DNA of 64,000 nt from Acholeplasmataceae bacterium (GTDB taxonomy: Bacteria; Bacillota_I; Bacilli_A; Acholeplasmatales; Acholeplasmataceae), in contig OY763415.1 of the NCBI GenBank assembly GCA_963667565.1, positions 160,001 through 224,000 of the forward strand, given 5' to 3'. Shown one piece after another: positions 19,367 through 30,572 of this stretch. The translations under genes and the position numbers were made by a program. Every line of letters starts with the position of its first letter. Positions within the stretch are counted from its first letter, which is position 1. The notes beneath the pieces were generated by a model that worked only from the letters and a program-made list of their open reading frames with translations, did no database searches and had not been told where the DNA came from.

Positions 19367-22327
19367 ATGTTTGGTATTTTTAATATTCAAAGCGCATATA
19401 GTATGTTAAATAATATGATGCCTTTAGAAAAACTTATCAAAGAACTAAAAAAACATGAATATGATTTTATAGCGTTATCTGATGACATGTTATATGGTGC
19501 TCATCAGTTATTTTTACTTGCAAAAAAATATGGAATTAAACCTATTTTAGGATTATATGTAGAAGTATATGAACCCTTATTTGAAACTTCATTTCTTGCA
19601 TATGCTAAAAACGAAGAAGGATATCAAAATTTGCTTAAACTATCATATTTGAAATCTGCACAAAAATTAGATTTGGAAACTATTAAAAAATATCAAAAAG
19701 GCCTCATATGGATGACATCAGGTGATAGTATCATCGAAGAACATTTATTTGCTGATAATTTTGATCAAGCATATGATGATGCAAAATTATTTGAACACAT
19801 GTTTGATGATTTTTATTTAGGTCTATCACTTGATAGTTTTGATTTAGAATTTAATTCTGCACCCAAACTGTTTTTATTATCTGAAAAATTAGGTATTCAA
19901 ATTGCACCAATCCATAAAACATCCTATTTCACTAAAGAGGATAAAGAAGCTTATGAAGCACTTATAAAAATTGAAGACCAGAATCAATTGTTAAATAAAG
20001 AAGCAAGTTACCATCTGATGAGTAAAAAAGAACTTCTTAAGATGTTTGCTGATTATCCTTTTGTATTTGATCAAGCTAATGATATTGCTCAAAAAATCAC
20101 TTTTGATTTATCTTTTCCTCCGTTTGATATGCCAACATATGATACTAAAGGTTCACCTGGTGATGCGTATTTAGCTTCGCTTGCAGCAAAAGGTTTAGAA
20201 AAAAGATTAAAATCTATAAAACATGCTGATGTAAAGACATACAAACAAAGATTATCCTATGAATTATCAATCATACATCAAATGGGATATGATCATTACT
20301 TTTTAATCGTATTTGATTTTGTTAGATTTGCTAAACAAAATGACATTTTAGTAGGTCCAGGTAGAGGATCTGCAGCGGGTTCACTCGTTTCTTTTTGTTT
20401 AGGAATTACAGATATTGATCCTATTCAATATGATTTATTATTTGAACGATTTTTAAATCCAGAGCGCATCACTATGCCAGATATCGATTTAGATTTTCCA
20501 GATAATAAACGTGATTTAGTCTTACAATATGTACAAGAAAAATATGGTAAGAATCATGTGATTTCAATCGTTACTTTTGGAACGTTTGCAGTTAAATCTT
20601 CGATGAGAGATATCGCGAGAGTTATGGATATTGATCACCAAAGAGTTGGTGGCATGATTAAACGTGTTACTAATAACGACATTGATGAAACCGATGAAGA
20701 AGTCATGCGGCTCATAGATGTTTCTAAAAAGATAGAAGGACTCCCTAGACATACAGGCACTCATGCTGCGGGAATCATTTTAGCAAAACAAGATTTAACA
20801 AAAGTATTACCACTACAAGAAGGTAGTAACGGATTTTATCAATCACAATTTGAAGCGACCGACTTAGAAAAATTAGGTCTATTAAAAATTGACTTTCTAG
20901 GTATAAGAAACTTAGCAATCATTCATGAAGTAGAAGCAATGATAAAGAAAAAAAATCCTCATTTTTCAATTTTAGATATACCTTTAGATCATAAAGGTGT
21001 TTATGATTTATTAAGTCAAGCAGATACATTTGGTATTTTTCAATTAGAATCATCAGGGATGAGAAATGTCTTAAGAAAATATGAACCAAAAACATTTGAA
21101 GATATTGTTGCATTACTCGCATTATTTAGACCAGGACCTATGGATTTAATTGATGATTTTATTGCGCGAAAGAATGGTGCTTCTTTTGATTACATTCATA
21201 AAGATTTAGAACCTATTTTAAAACAAACTTATGGTATCATAGTCTATCAGGAACAAATTATGAAAATAGCAAATGAGTTTGCTGGATATACGCTTGCTGA
21301 AGCGGATATTTTAAGACGAGGGATTGCTAAGAAAAATGTTGATGTTTTAGAAAAAGAACGTCAAAGATTTATTCAAAAATGTGGTGAAAAAAATTACAGT
21401 GAATCTATTGCTCAAACCATCTATGATTTGATTGTTAAATTTGCTGATTATGGATTCAATCGAAGCCATAGTGTAGCTTATGCATTAGTTGCATATCAAA
21501 TGGCATATTTAAAAGTGAATCACTATGCATCATTCATGACTGTTTTATTAACCCATGCGATTGGAAATGATACGACAACATATGAATACATCACAGATTT
21601 GAAACGTCACGGTATAGAAGTATTATCACCAGATGTTCAGCTTTCAACAGATCAATACCAATTAACAGATCGAGGTATTTTATGCCCACTTCAAAAAGTT
21701 AAAAGTATTGGTAAAAGTCAAATGGATAAATTCCTTGAAGCTCGAAAAGAACAACCATTTAAAGACTATCAAGATTTTAAAGAACGCATTAAACAAGTGC
21801 TTAACCAAAAAAACATTGAAATGCTGATTTTTGCAAATGCACTTCAATCTTTTAATCTAAATCAACATACGATGATAGAACATCAATCACTTGATGATAG
21901 TGGATATAATAAATACATCCAAGATTATCAAATGAAACTTTATGATGAATATCCGTTTAGTGTACTTGCTGAACATGAAAAAGAAGCATTAGGATTTAAC
22001 CTTATGTATCATCCGCTTGTTGCATATAAAGATATTGTCATCAAACAAAAATTAAACGCATTAAGCGACAGCAACCACTTGTCATATATTAAAGCATTAG
22101 CAATGATTGCACATGTCAAGGTCATTAAAACTAAAAATAATCAAAACATGGCTTTTTTAACATTAGATGATGGTGTGACTCAATTAGAGGTAACCATGTT
22201 TTCAAGCACGTATCAAAGTTATAAAGAAAAACTTGATCAAAATATTAAAATTTTCGAACTCAAGAAAAACACATATAAAGAGAAAATATCTTTTATTGTA
22301 GAAAAGATGTTTGAAGTAGAGGCTTAG
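19367..22327 (+). CDS. dnaE: DNA polymerase III alpha subunit (DnaE type)
   Basis: 'GPGRGSAAGSLV', 'FERFLNPER..MPDIDLDF', 'LLKIDFLG', 'YGFNRSH', C-terminal OB fold. Confidence 0.97.
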   Translation: MFGIFNIQSAYSMLNNMMPLEKLIKELKKHEYDFIALSDDMLYGAHQLFLLAKKYGIKPILGLYVEVYEPLFETSFLAYAKNEEGYQNLLKLSYLKSAQKLDLETIKKYQKGLIWMTSGDSIIEEHLFADNFDQAYDDAKLFEHMFDDFYLGLSLDSFDLEFNSAPKLFLLSEKLGIQIAPIHKTSYFTKEDKEAYEALIKIEDQNQLLNKEASYHLMSKKELLKMFADYPFVFDQANDIAQKITFDLSFPPFDMPTYDTKGSPGDAYLASLAAKGLEKRLKSIKHADVKTYKQRLSYELSIIHQMGYDHYFLIVFDFVRFAKQNDILVGPGRGSAAGSLVSFCLGITDIDPIQYDLLFERFLNPERITMPDIDLDFPDNKRDLVLQYVQEKYGKNHVISIVTFGTFAVKSSMRDIARVMDIDHQRVGGMIKRVTNNDIDETDEEVMRLIDVSKKIEGLPRHTGTHAAGIILAKQDLTKVLPLQEGSNGFYQSQFEATDLEKLGLLKIDFLGIRNLAIIHEVEAMIKKKNPHFSILDIPLDHKGVYDLLSQADTFGIFQLESSGMRNVLRKYEPKTFEDIVALLALFRPGPMDLIDDFIARKNGASFDYIHKDLEPILKQTYGIIVYQEQIMKIANEFAGYTLAEADILRRGIAKKNVDVLEKERQRFIQKCGEKNYSESIAQTIYDLIVKFADYGFNRSHSVAYALVAYQMAYLKVNHYASFMTVLLTHAIGNDTTTYEYITDLKRHGIEVLSPDVQLSTDQYQLTDRGILCPLQKVKSIGKSQMDKFLEARKEQPFKDYQDFKERIKQVLNQKNIEMLIFANALQSFNLNQHTMIEHQSLDDSGYNKYIQDYQMKLYDEYPFSVLAEHEKEALGFNLMYHPLVAYKDIVIKQKLNALSDSNHLSYIKALAMIAHVKVIKTKNNQNMAFLTLDDGVTQLEVTMFSSTYQSYKEKLDQNIKIFELKKNTYKEKISFIVEKMFEVEA

Positions 22328-22329
22328 AC

Positions 22330-23211
22330 ATGACTCAAAAGCAATTGGGACAAGCAGTTATTATTGGTATTGTATTCAATATCATCTTAACAATTTTAAA
22401 ATTAACATTTGGATATATTGGGCATTCTCATGCGCTTATTACTGATGGGTATAATTCTCTTTCAGATATCATAACGAGCATGATGATTTTCCTTGTATTA
22501 AAGATTTCAACTAAAAAACCAGATCATGATCATCCATATGGACATCAAAAATTTGAAGGTATTGCATATTTCGCATTAGGGATGGTTTTCTTATTATCTG
22601 CACTTGTTTTACTCATTTCAACAGCAACAACATTTGTCACTTATTTAAAAGATCAAGCACTTGGTGTTGAACCAACTTTACTGACATTTTATATGGCGAT
22701 CATATCACTTGTTATAAAACTTTTTTTAGCCATGTTTTATAGAGCTTTATACAAAAAAACAAATCACCCAACACTTAAAGCTGAGTCAAGTAATCATGGT
22801 ATCGACATGATCGCAACCACGTTTACGATTGTAGGGATTGGTCTTTCGCAGTTAGGATTTATTATATTTGATTATATTGCAGCAATTTTAATTGTATTTT
22901 TAATTTTAAGACTTGCAGTTAATACATTAAAAGAATCCATTCCATTTTTAGTGGATCAGGCTCCAGATCAGTTGTTTATTGATGAGATGATGCAATTTAT
23001 TATTGATACACAAGGTGTCTTAAGTGTCGATGATTTAAAAGTAAGAAGACATATGCTAAATGTTTATGTTGATGTTGAAATCGGTGTTAAAGGATGCCTA
23101 TCTTTAAAAGAAGCACATCAAATTGCAGAATATGTTCATCATCGTGTTGAAAAACAGTTTCCAAATGTTATTCACTGTATGGTTCATGTAAACCCAGTGA
23201 AAGAGAATTAA
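22330..23211 (+). CDS. Cation diffusion facilitator (FieF-like) transporter
   Basis: 'ALITDGYNSLSD', 'PDHDHPYGHQKFE', C-terminal 'EAHQIAE...VHVNP'. Confidence 0.92.
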   Translation: MTQKQLGQAVIIGIVFNIILTILKLTFGYIGHSHALITDGYNSLSDIITSMMIFLVLKISTKKPDHDHPYGHQKFEGIAYFALGMVFLLSALVLLISTATTFVTYLKDQALGVEPTLLTFYMAIISLVIKLFLAMFYRALYKKTNHPTLKAESSNHGIDMIATTFTIVGIGLSQLGFIIFDYIAAILIVFLILRLAVNTLKESIPFLVDQAPDQLFIDEMMQFIIDTQGVLSVDDLKVRRHMLNVYVDVEIGVKGCLSLKEAHQIAEYVHHRVEKQFPNVIHCMVHVNPVKEN

Positions 23212-23322
23212 ATAAAGTATTTATTTACAATGTTTTTGCACATTTTGCAAATCATTGTTTTTTTTTGTATTATTTGGTAGAATTTAGGTAGTTAGACATC
23301 TTAAGAAAGGTTGGTCTAAAAA

Positions 23323-26300
23323 ATGCCTTCTATCCCGTCTTTATACATAATTCAATGGGGAATTATAGGTTTATTCGTTTTCTTATTTTTCATACTAGGA
23401 ATTCTTAGAGGTGCTCAAAAATCCCTCTATTTTATGGTTATCAATATTGTAACAACATTTTTAGCGCTTTACATCGTGTCAAATTTATCGATTGCTTCAG
23501 CGTTTAGATTTATGGATCAAACAACATACTTAAATATGATTAATCAACAAACAGGAGGTTTGTTAACTGATTATTTAGGTTATATGGATGATCCGCTTAT
23601 CGCTTCAACAGTTTATATTTTTGTTGATTTGGTTTTGAGAATCGTTGGATTTATTATTTTATATCCACTATTAAAACGTATTTTGACATTATTTATCTTT
23701 AGACCTATATGGGCTTTTGGTATTAAAAAAGCAATTATTGCTAAACAAAATAAGTCATTAGAAGTAGAAGCAGCTCAAAAGAATGTGAAATTCAAACCAA
23801 GAAAAAGAATCAAGAAAGGATTTGGTAATAGAATCCTTGGAGGATTATTTGGTGGTGTCGAAGGATTTATCGTTATCTTTATCATTTTAATTCCTTTAAC
23901 AGTGTTTGCATCTTATACAGCAAATATTGATACTGAAGCATTAAGTAGTTCACAATATAGTCAAACTGAACTTGCAAATGGTTCAGTTGCTGGTTTTAAT
24001 ATTCCACCTGAAGTCATAGATTATTTACAACAAGTTCAAGAGATGAATGATCAAGGATTAGCTTCTATTACAAGTCAAGTTAAAATTGGTGGTGTTTCCA
24101 TTGACAGATACATCTTTGATCAAGTATTTACAGTTGATGCTTCAGTCAATGGAGAAGATGTATCCATTAATTTTATTAACGAATTAGATAATATTATTGG
24201 AATTGCAACTGTTTTAGTTAATGGTGGCTATTTAGATCCTAATTTTGATTACACAACAATTTCAACTGATAATTTAGGTGATTTAGAAGCTATTATGCAA
24301 TATGTTGGAAATTCTGATGTGCTTGCATATTTAATTCCAACTGCTGTTAAATATGGTGTTGATAATTTACTCGTTGATCAAATGGGTATTGATTTAACTG
24401 ACCGTGCTGCATCTCAAGCTGCGCTTGATATGTTTTATAACATTGATTGGTCAAATGAATTTGATCGATTATATGCACTTGTTGAATCTGTTTTAACATT
24501 TGGTTCAATAGATGACATTATGAATATCATGAGTGATCCAAATGCACTTGCTTCATTAACACCAGAACAAGGTGTTGCACTTGCAAACATCATTAGAAGT
24601 GCTGGTGATTTAGAAATCTTAAGTTTACTCAATGTTGGTGTTGATTATTTAACAACAATTTCACAAGTCCAAGATCAAATTGGATGGTTAGAAACAAGCA
24701 GTGAAAAAGAAGATTATTTGCAAGAAAAGCTTGCATTCATCTTAGATAATCCCGACTTCTTTGTTGGAGATCAAGGTGAAATCTCACAAATTGCTGGTTT
24801 GATTGAACTTATATTTAGTGATACATATGGTGATACTAATTTAGATCAAATCGTTTCTGCAAATGGTGATATAGCAACTATTTTATCAGTTCAAAATTCT
24901 GATTGGGTATCAGCATTATTCACACAACTTACACAAATTCAAACACTCATGAATACACTTCCAATCGGCGTTGATTTTGCGCTTTATCAAGCTGGTGGTG
25001 ACCAAATTGATGCACAACTCGCTTCAGATTTAGAAACCGCACTAGCTGATATTAATTGGGCAGATGAAACTATGAATTTTGATAATATATATCAAAGTAT
25101 TGTCGAATTAGGTTTAGAACAAATCTTAGTTGATAATCCTGATTATTATGCTTATATGGATTATTTATTAGCAAATAATATGGACGATGTTAGAAATATA
25201 GTCACTTATATTTTTGAAGATTCTGATTTGGTTGGTAATGCTTTAGATACAGTTGCCCCAATTTTAATTAGCAATTATATTACAGATACAGATTTACAAG
25301 CCATTATTGAAAGTATTGTTTTAAATCAAGATGATGAATTCACTTTTAATGTTGGTCAAGAACTTATTAATGTATTAAATATCGCAGAATCTTCTTATCA
25401 ATTTGTAGCACCTTCTGATTTACAAGGTTTCTCACAAATGACTCAAGAAGATCAATTACAAATACTTGCAGCATTTGGACAAATGTCTGATACTGATTAT
25501 CAACAATTCATTACAGCGTTTGGCGATTTACAAATTTTAAATCGTATCAATCAAGATAATGCTCCAGATATCGCTGCTAAATTTAATTTAACAGATACAG
25601 TTTATATTCCAACTACATTTACATTAAGTGATGATGTCGTTTCACTTTTAAGTATGGTTCATGACGTTGGTGTATATTTAAATGATAATTATACTCAAGG
25701 TCAAGATTATCAAGATTTAGATTTAACAAGCTTGTTAACCGTATTAAAGGCGGACTTAACTGATCCAACAAAACGTTCAGATCTCTTATTTTATAACATT
25801 GCAAATTATGCAAAAATTCAATCCGACGGGGGAAGCTTATCCCAATATTTAAGTGTACCTGATAGCTTATTGACAGCAGATGTTGAAAGTCAAGCTTGGT
25901 CAGATGAAATTTCTGCACTCCTTAGCAGTGTCTTTGATATTGCATCAACAGTTGGGCAAACAGATGGTATTACTTTATCAGTTCACGATGTCTTGCTTTA
26001 TAGTAAAGAAGCTTATAGATTACCTGTTGAACTCATCACTCAATTTAGTGATCCAGTGATTGCAAATCAAGCATTTGGTAGTCTAGATAGTTCGCTGATT
26101 TTAAGAACAACCATAGCAAATATGATTGATAGCCAAGGTGAAGGACTTTCAGGATCCTTATTTGGACATGTGATTTCAACACCAGCACATTTAAAAACTG
26201 ATGGTGCATTAAACACTGGTGTATTTGTCGATTTAATTGAAGGATTTGCGACATTTGTTGATGGCATGAATCAAAGTTTAGGATATACACAATTTGGTAA

Positions 26301-29300
26301 TTTCACATTTGATGATTTAAGTCCATATTTTAATGCATTTAATCAAATGGATAATCAAGACATAGAAGCATTGGTAGAATCTGATTTACTCAGAGGCATT
26401 GTTTCAGAAATGTTATTTGATCAAACATTCCAATCATCTTTAGCAGATACCCTTAATAATGCACAAGATATCATAGATTTTCCACAAGATTTCTTTGCAG
26501 TTGATCCAACATTGATTGATGGACCTGTTCTTGTATCAGGTGAAATTACAAATTTATTCATTATGTTTAAAGCATTAGAATTACAAGGCGTTGATGGTTT
26601 CTCATCTATTGGCCTTCAAACATTTACAAATTTAGTTGTTGCTGATCCAGTGACAGGTGAAGATAAGTTTGATGAATTCTTTGCTTCAAATTATATTTAT
26701 ACAATTATTGATAAAGTACTTCAATTAGATAGTATTAGTTCATATGTTTCAACCTTGTTAGGCGATTCACTTGGAGCTGATTTCTCTACACTCGATTTAT
26801 CAATTCCAGATGCTATGTTAGGACAAACTTCTGAATTAGTTGCTGGAGATATAGGTGCGGTTGAAGTTGGTAGAATTCCAAAAGCTGAGTTTAGAAGAAT
26901 TTTCGAATCATTAAACGCACTTGGCGATATGTCTACAATAGGATTAGAAACATTTACGAATATGATTGATCCTTCTCAAACACAAGATGATTTTTCAACA
27001 TTTATTGCCTCTGATTTCATCTATGTTGTCCTTAGTCGTCTGATTGGTAATGAAGGATTTAGCAGTTATGCTGAAGATGCACTTTCAGGTGCATTTGGAA
27101 ATGATCCAATTACTTTAGACTTAAGTGTTCCAACTGATGCACTTGGTACAACAGATGTAGAAGATGGTTTTATTACAAGAACAGAATTAAGAAACTTAAT
27201 GGTTTCATTTAAGATGTTAGGTTTTGGTGGTGAGTCCGCACTTGATGTTGCAACCATCATCAATATGCCAACTTTAAACACATATTCACAAACAGAAGAT
27301 GATTTAAACATTTTCTTAAATAGTATTTACTTAAGAAATATGATGAGTCAAATGCTGTTATCACCAACCATCATCGATATGATTGGTGCTGGTCAGTTCA
27401 CATCTGTTGAATTTGATTTACCACTTAACGCATATGATCCAATCATCACAGATAGACTTGCTAAACAACAAATCCATCTCTTATTTGATAGTTTGATTTT
27501 ATTAGGTATTGGTAATTTTGAAAGTATGGATTTAGGCATTGACACTGTCACAAGTTTAACAAGTGTTGAACAACAACAATTGCTTGACTCGCTATATTTA
27601 TATGAAGTGATTGACTTAATGATTAAAGCACAAGAAGCAACCAATCCTGGAGATACTGGTTTAACCATTCCTCTTGATGCGTATGTGACTGGTGGTTATT
27701 ATGATCAAATGATTTCACAAAATGAAATACTTGCTATTCTTGGTGTATTTAACATTGTAGGTAGTGATCCACAAGCCATTGATCCAAATACCATTACAAC
27801 ATCTGATTTGATGGATGTGTTAGATTTAGGTTCAGTTATTATCAATCAAATGATTTCTGATCAAATTGAAACTGCATTAACGATTGATAACACAACCATT
27901 CCAGAAGCTTATGTAACAACTATCGGTGTTGATCGTATTAAAGATATGGAAATGAAAGCTTTAATTGAAGCAATGAATGTCATCGGTTTAAGTGATTTAT
28001 CAGGATCATTTGCAGTTGATAGTCTAGGACTTTCTGATTTACAAGATCTTCATTACTTAGGTTTAGGTACAGATCCTGTTATTGATACATATAATTCATA
28101 TATCATCCACAATATGATTTCAGAACAAGTTGAAACAGCATTATCATTTGATGAAACAACACTTCCTGAAGCATATACAAATGCATCAGGTGAATATCGA
28201 ATCTTACCTGATGAAATCCAAGCGATGATTGTTGCGATGTCTGAAATGGGTATTACCGATTTACAAGCATCATTTAGTGCTGATAACTTAACTGTAAGTC
28301 AACTTCAAAATGTTCATTATGTTGGACTTGGAATTGATCCATTAGGAGATACTTATAATTCATATATCATTCATAGATTGATTTCTGATGGTGTTAAAGG
28401 TATACTTACAAATCTACCTTCAACTGTTTATATGTCAAATAATGATATAAAAGCAGCTGAAATCCAAGGTGTTATTGATGCCATTGGTATTTTAAATAAT
28501 GATCCAAATGCTTCGTTATCTGGAATGTCATTTGCAAACACTGGTTTAACTGCAGGTAAGATTGAAAGTCTCCTTGATTTAAATTCATTAATTATTGATC
28601 GTCAAATCTCAGATGGTATCATTTCAGCTCACTTAGATGTTTTAGAAGCTTATGCGATATCTGGAGATTATAATTATGATAGTTTAAATGCAACGGGTGA
28701 TTTAAAGATTACTGAAATGTATGCTTTAGTTGCAGCGATGTCAGAAATGGGTATTACTGATTTATCTGGATCATTTGATCCAAATAGTATTACAGTTGCT
28801 AAACTTCAAAATCTTCATTATATCGGTTTAGGTACAGATCCAATCTTAGATCAATTTGATTCATATATTGTTCACCATATGGTCTCTGATGGTATTAGTA
28901 GTGCACTCACAAATCTTCCATCAACAATCTTTATGGCAAATGGTGATATTATTCCAGCTGAAGTTCAAGGTGTCATTAGTGCGATTGGTATATTAAATAA
29001 CGATCCAAATGCATCACTTGGTGCAATGTCATTTGCAAATGCAGGATTAACACCAACGAAGATTGAAAATCTACTAGACTTAAATTCATTAATCATTGAT
29101 CGTCAAATCTCAGAAGGTATCATTTCTGCAAGTCTTGATGTCTCTGAAGCATATGCAATCTCTGGTGATTTCAATTATGATAGTTTATATGCAACAGGTG
29201 ATTTAAAAGTTTCTGAAATGTATGCATTAGTAGAAGCAATGAATATTATGGGCTTATCAGATCTAACAGGATCATTTGATCCAAGTTCAATTACTGTTTC

Positions 29301-30489
29301 TAATTTACAAGACCTTCACTATGTTGGTTTAGGTACAGATCCATTACTTGATACTTACGATTCATATATTGTTCATCACATGATTTCTGATGGTATTGCT
29401 TCATCACTTACAAATAGACCTTCAACAGTTTATATGGCAAATGGAGATATTCTTGCAGCAGAAGTACAAGGCGTTATTAGTGCCATTGGTATTTTAAATA
29501 ATGATCCAAATGCAACGCTTGCGACCATGTCATTTGCAAATTCAGGATTAACACCAGCGAAGATGGAATCACTTCTTGATTTAGGATCACTCATTATCGA
29601 TCGTCAAATCTCAGAAGGTATCATCACCGCATCACTTGATGTCCCTGAAGCATATGCAATCTCTGGCGATTATAACTTTGATACTTTATATGCAACAGGT
29701 GATTTAAAAGTCGCTGAAATGTATGCTTTAGTAGAAGCAATGAATATCATGGGCTTATCAGATTTAACAGGTTCATTTGCAGCAGATCAAATCACCATTG
29801 ATAAATTACAGTTACTACATTATGTAGGTTTAGGTGTAGATCCACTAGTTGATACATATAATTCATATATGGTACATAATATGTTATCAGATGCAATGGA
29901 TAATGCTTTAGATGTTCCAACGAATGGTTATATGGGTTCAGGTTATATGTTAGCAGCTGAAATCCAAGGTGTCATCGATGCACTTAATATTATAAGCAGT
30001 GATCCAAATGATACATTATCAGATATTATGCCAATTAATGATAACTCAATCTTTACAGCAGCAACATTAGAGTCATTATTAGATATCAACACACTTACAA
30101 TCTATAGATTGGTTGCTAAAGGTATTATTGATAGCGGTATTGCAACACTAGAATCAAGAGCTGAATTAGGTGATGTAAACTACGATTCAAATGCCATTGG
30201 TGAAGATCTAAAAGTTGCTGAAATGTATGGATTAGTCACTTCAATGAATCTATTAGGTATTTCAGATGTAACACAAGTATCAAGTATTAATTATGCTTCA
30301 GTGATGGACTTAAGTGATGCTGAAGTTGATCAAATCTTAGATAATTCTAATACGATTACTTACTATATTATTGATGATGTCATTGATCCAGCAGATAATT
30401 TATTCCCAGGTCAATACTTCACTGATTTAAATGGTGATACTAGAATCATTAGAACAACTCTTATTACATTCATTAAAAATAACAACTAA
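23323..30489 (+). CDS. Giant (2388 aa) acidic membrane-anchored protein: N-terminal CvpA-like TM region and long repetitive C-terminal region
   Basis: Hydrophobic N-terminus with 'GILRGAQKSL' and 'NRILGGLFGGVEG' (CvpA-like pattern); Asp-rich, Lys/Arg-poor remainder with tandem repeats. Confidence 0.8.
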   Translation: MPSIPSLYIIQWGIIGLFVFLFFILGILRGAQKSLYFMVINIVTTFLALYIVSNLSIASAFRFMDQTTYLNMINQQTGGLLTDYLGYMDDPLIASTVYIFVDLVLRIVGFIILYPLLKRILTLFIFRPIWAFGIKKAIIAKQNKSLEVEAAQKNVKFKPRKRIKKGFGNRILGGLFGGVEGFIVIFIILIPLTVFASYTANIDTEALSSSQYSQTELANGSVAGFNIPPEVIDYLQQVQEMNDQGLASITSQVKIGGVSIDRYIFDQVFTVDASVNGEDVSINFINELDNIIGIATVLVNGGYLDPNFDYTTISTDNLGDLEAIMQYVGNSDVLAYLIPTAVKYGVDNLLVDQMGIDLTDRAASQAALDMFYNIDWSNEFDRLYALVESVLTFGSIDDIMNIMSDPNALASLTPEQGVALANIIRSAGDLEILSLLNVGVDYLTTISQVQDQIGWLETSSEKEDYLQEKLAFILDNPDFFVGDQGEISQIAGLIELIFSDTYGDTNLDQIVSANGDIATILSVQNSDWVSALFTQLTQIQTLMNTLPIGVDFALYQAGGDQIDAQLASDLETALADINWADETMNFDNIYQSIVELGLEQILVDNPDYYAYMDYLLANNMDDVRNIVTYIFEDSDLVGNALDTVAPILISNYITDTDLQAIIESIVLNQDDEFTFNVGQELINVLNIAESSYQFVAPSDLQGFSQMTQEDQLQILAAFGQMSDTDYQQFITAFGDLQILNRINQDNAPDIAAKFNLTDTVYIPTTFTLSDDVVSLLSMVHDVGVYLNDNYTQGQDYQDLDLTSLLTVLKADLTDPTKRSDLLFYNIANYAKIQSDGGSLSQYLSVPDSLLTADVESQAWSDEISALLSSVFDIASTVGQTDGITLSVHDVLLYSKEAYRLPVELITQFSDPVIANQAFGSLDSSLILRTTIANMIDSQGEGLSGSLFGHVISTPAHLKTDGALNTGVFVDLIEGFATFVDGMNQSLGYTQFGNFTFDDLSPYFNAFNQMDNQDIEALVESDLLRGIVSEMLFDQTFQSSLADTLNNAQDIIDFPQDFFAVDPTLIDGPVLVSGEITNLFIMFKALELQGVDGFSSIGLQTFTNLVVADPVTGEDKFDEFFASNYIYTIIDKVLQLDSISSYVSTLLGDSLGADFSTLDLSIPDAMLGQTSELVAGDIGAVEVGRIPKAEFRRIFESLNALGDMSTIGLETFTNMIDPSQTQDDFSTFIASDFIYVVLSRLIGNEGFSSYAEDALSGAFGNDPITLDLSVPTDALGTTDVEDGFITRTELRNLMVSFKMLGFGGESALDVATIINMPTLNTYSQTEDDLNIFLNSIYLRNMMSQMLLSPTIIDMIGAGQFTSVEFDLPLNAYDPIITDRLAKQQIHLLFDSLILLGIGNFESMDLGIDTVTSLTSVEQQQLLDSLYLYEVIDLMIKAQEATNPGDTGLTIPLDAYVTGGYYDQMISQNEILAILGVFNIVGSDPQAIDPNTITTSDLMDVLDLGSVIINQMISDQIETALTIDNTTIPEAYVTTIGVDRIKDMEMKALIEAMNVIGLSDLSGSFAVDSLGLSDLQDLHYLGLGTDPVIDTYNSYIIHNMISEQVETALSFDETTLPEAYTNASGEYRILPDEIQAMIVAMSEMGITDLQASFSADNLTVSQLQNVHYVGLGIDPLGDTYNSYIIHRLISDGVKGILTNLPSTVYMSNNDIKAAEIQGVIDAIGILNNDPNASLSGMSFANTGLTAGKIESLLDLNSLIIDRQISDGIISAHLDVLEAYAISGDYNYDSLNATGDLKITEMYALVAAMSEMGITDLSGSFDPNSITVAKLQNLHYIGLGTDPILDQFDSYIVHHMVSDGISSALTNLPSTIFMANGDIIPAEVQGVISAIGILNNDPNASLGAMSFANAGLTPTKIENLLDLNSLIIDRQISEGIISASLDVSEAYAISGDFNYDSLYATGDLKVSEMYALVEAMNIMGLSDLTGSFDPSSITVSNLQDLHYVGLGTDPLLDTYDSYIVHHMISDGIASSLTNRPSTVYMANGDILAAEVQGVISAIGILNNDPNATLATMSFANSGLTPAKMESLLDLGSLIIDRQISEGIITASLDVPEAYAISGDYNFDTLYATGDLKVAEMYALVEAMNIMGLSDLTGSFAADQITIDKLQLLHYVGLGVDPLVDTYNSYMVHNMLSDAMDNALDVPTNGYMGSGYMLAAEIQGVIDALNIISSDPNDTLSDIMPINDNSIFTAATLESLLDINTLTIYRLVAKGIIDSGIATLESRAELGDVNYDSNAIGEDLKVAEMYGLVTSMNLLGISDVTQVSSINYASVMDLSDAEVDQILDNSNTITYYIIDDVIDPADNLFPGQYFTDLNGDTRIIRTTLITFIKNNN
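28315..30280 (+). repeat. Intragenic 501-bp (167-aa) tandem repeat, three close copies plus a diverged fourth
   Basis: 'HY(V/I)GLG.DP' codons start at 28315, 28816, 29317, 29818 (exact 501 spacing); an earlier copy of the motif at 28051. Confidence 0.9.
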
Positions 30490-30504
30490 GATAAATACAT
30501 CATT

Positions 30505-30533
30505 AAGGTAATCTTCGGATTACCTTTTTTTTT
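30505..30533 (+). terminator. Intrinsic terminator with UUCG loop
   Basis: AAGGTAATC-ttcg-GATTACCTT then T-run. Confidence 0.9.
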
Positions 30534-30535
30534 GC

Positions 30536-30567
30536 AAAAAAAAAGACTGAATCAAATGATTCAGCCC
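30536..30567 (-). terminator. Intrinsic terminator of the minus-strand pfk
   Basis: Reverse complement reads GGCTGAATCA-tt-TGATTCAGTC followed by a T-run. Confidence 0.8.
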
Positions 30568-30572
30568 TTAGA

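Noticed and set aside
30504..30526. TTAAGGTAATC... as a third DtxR-type operator
   Set aside because: It is the stem of a UUCG terminator between convergent genes and lacks the N4-CCTTAA spacing.
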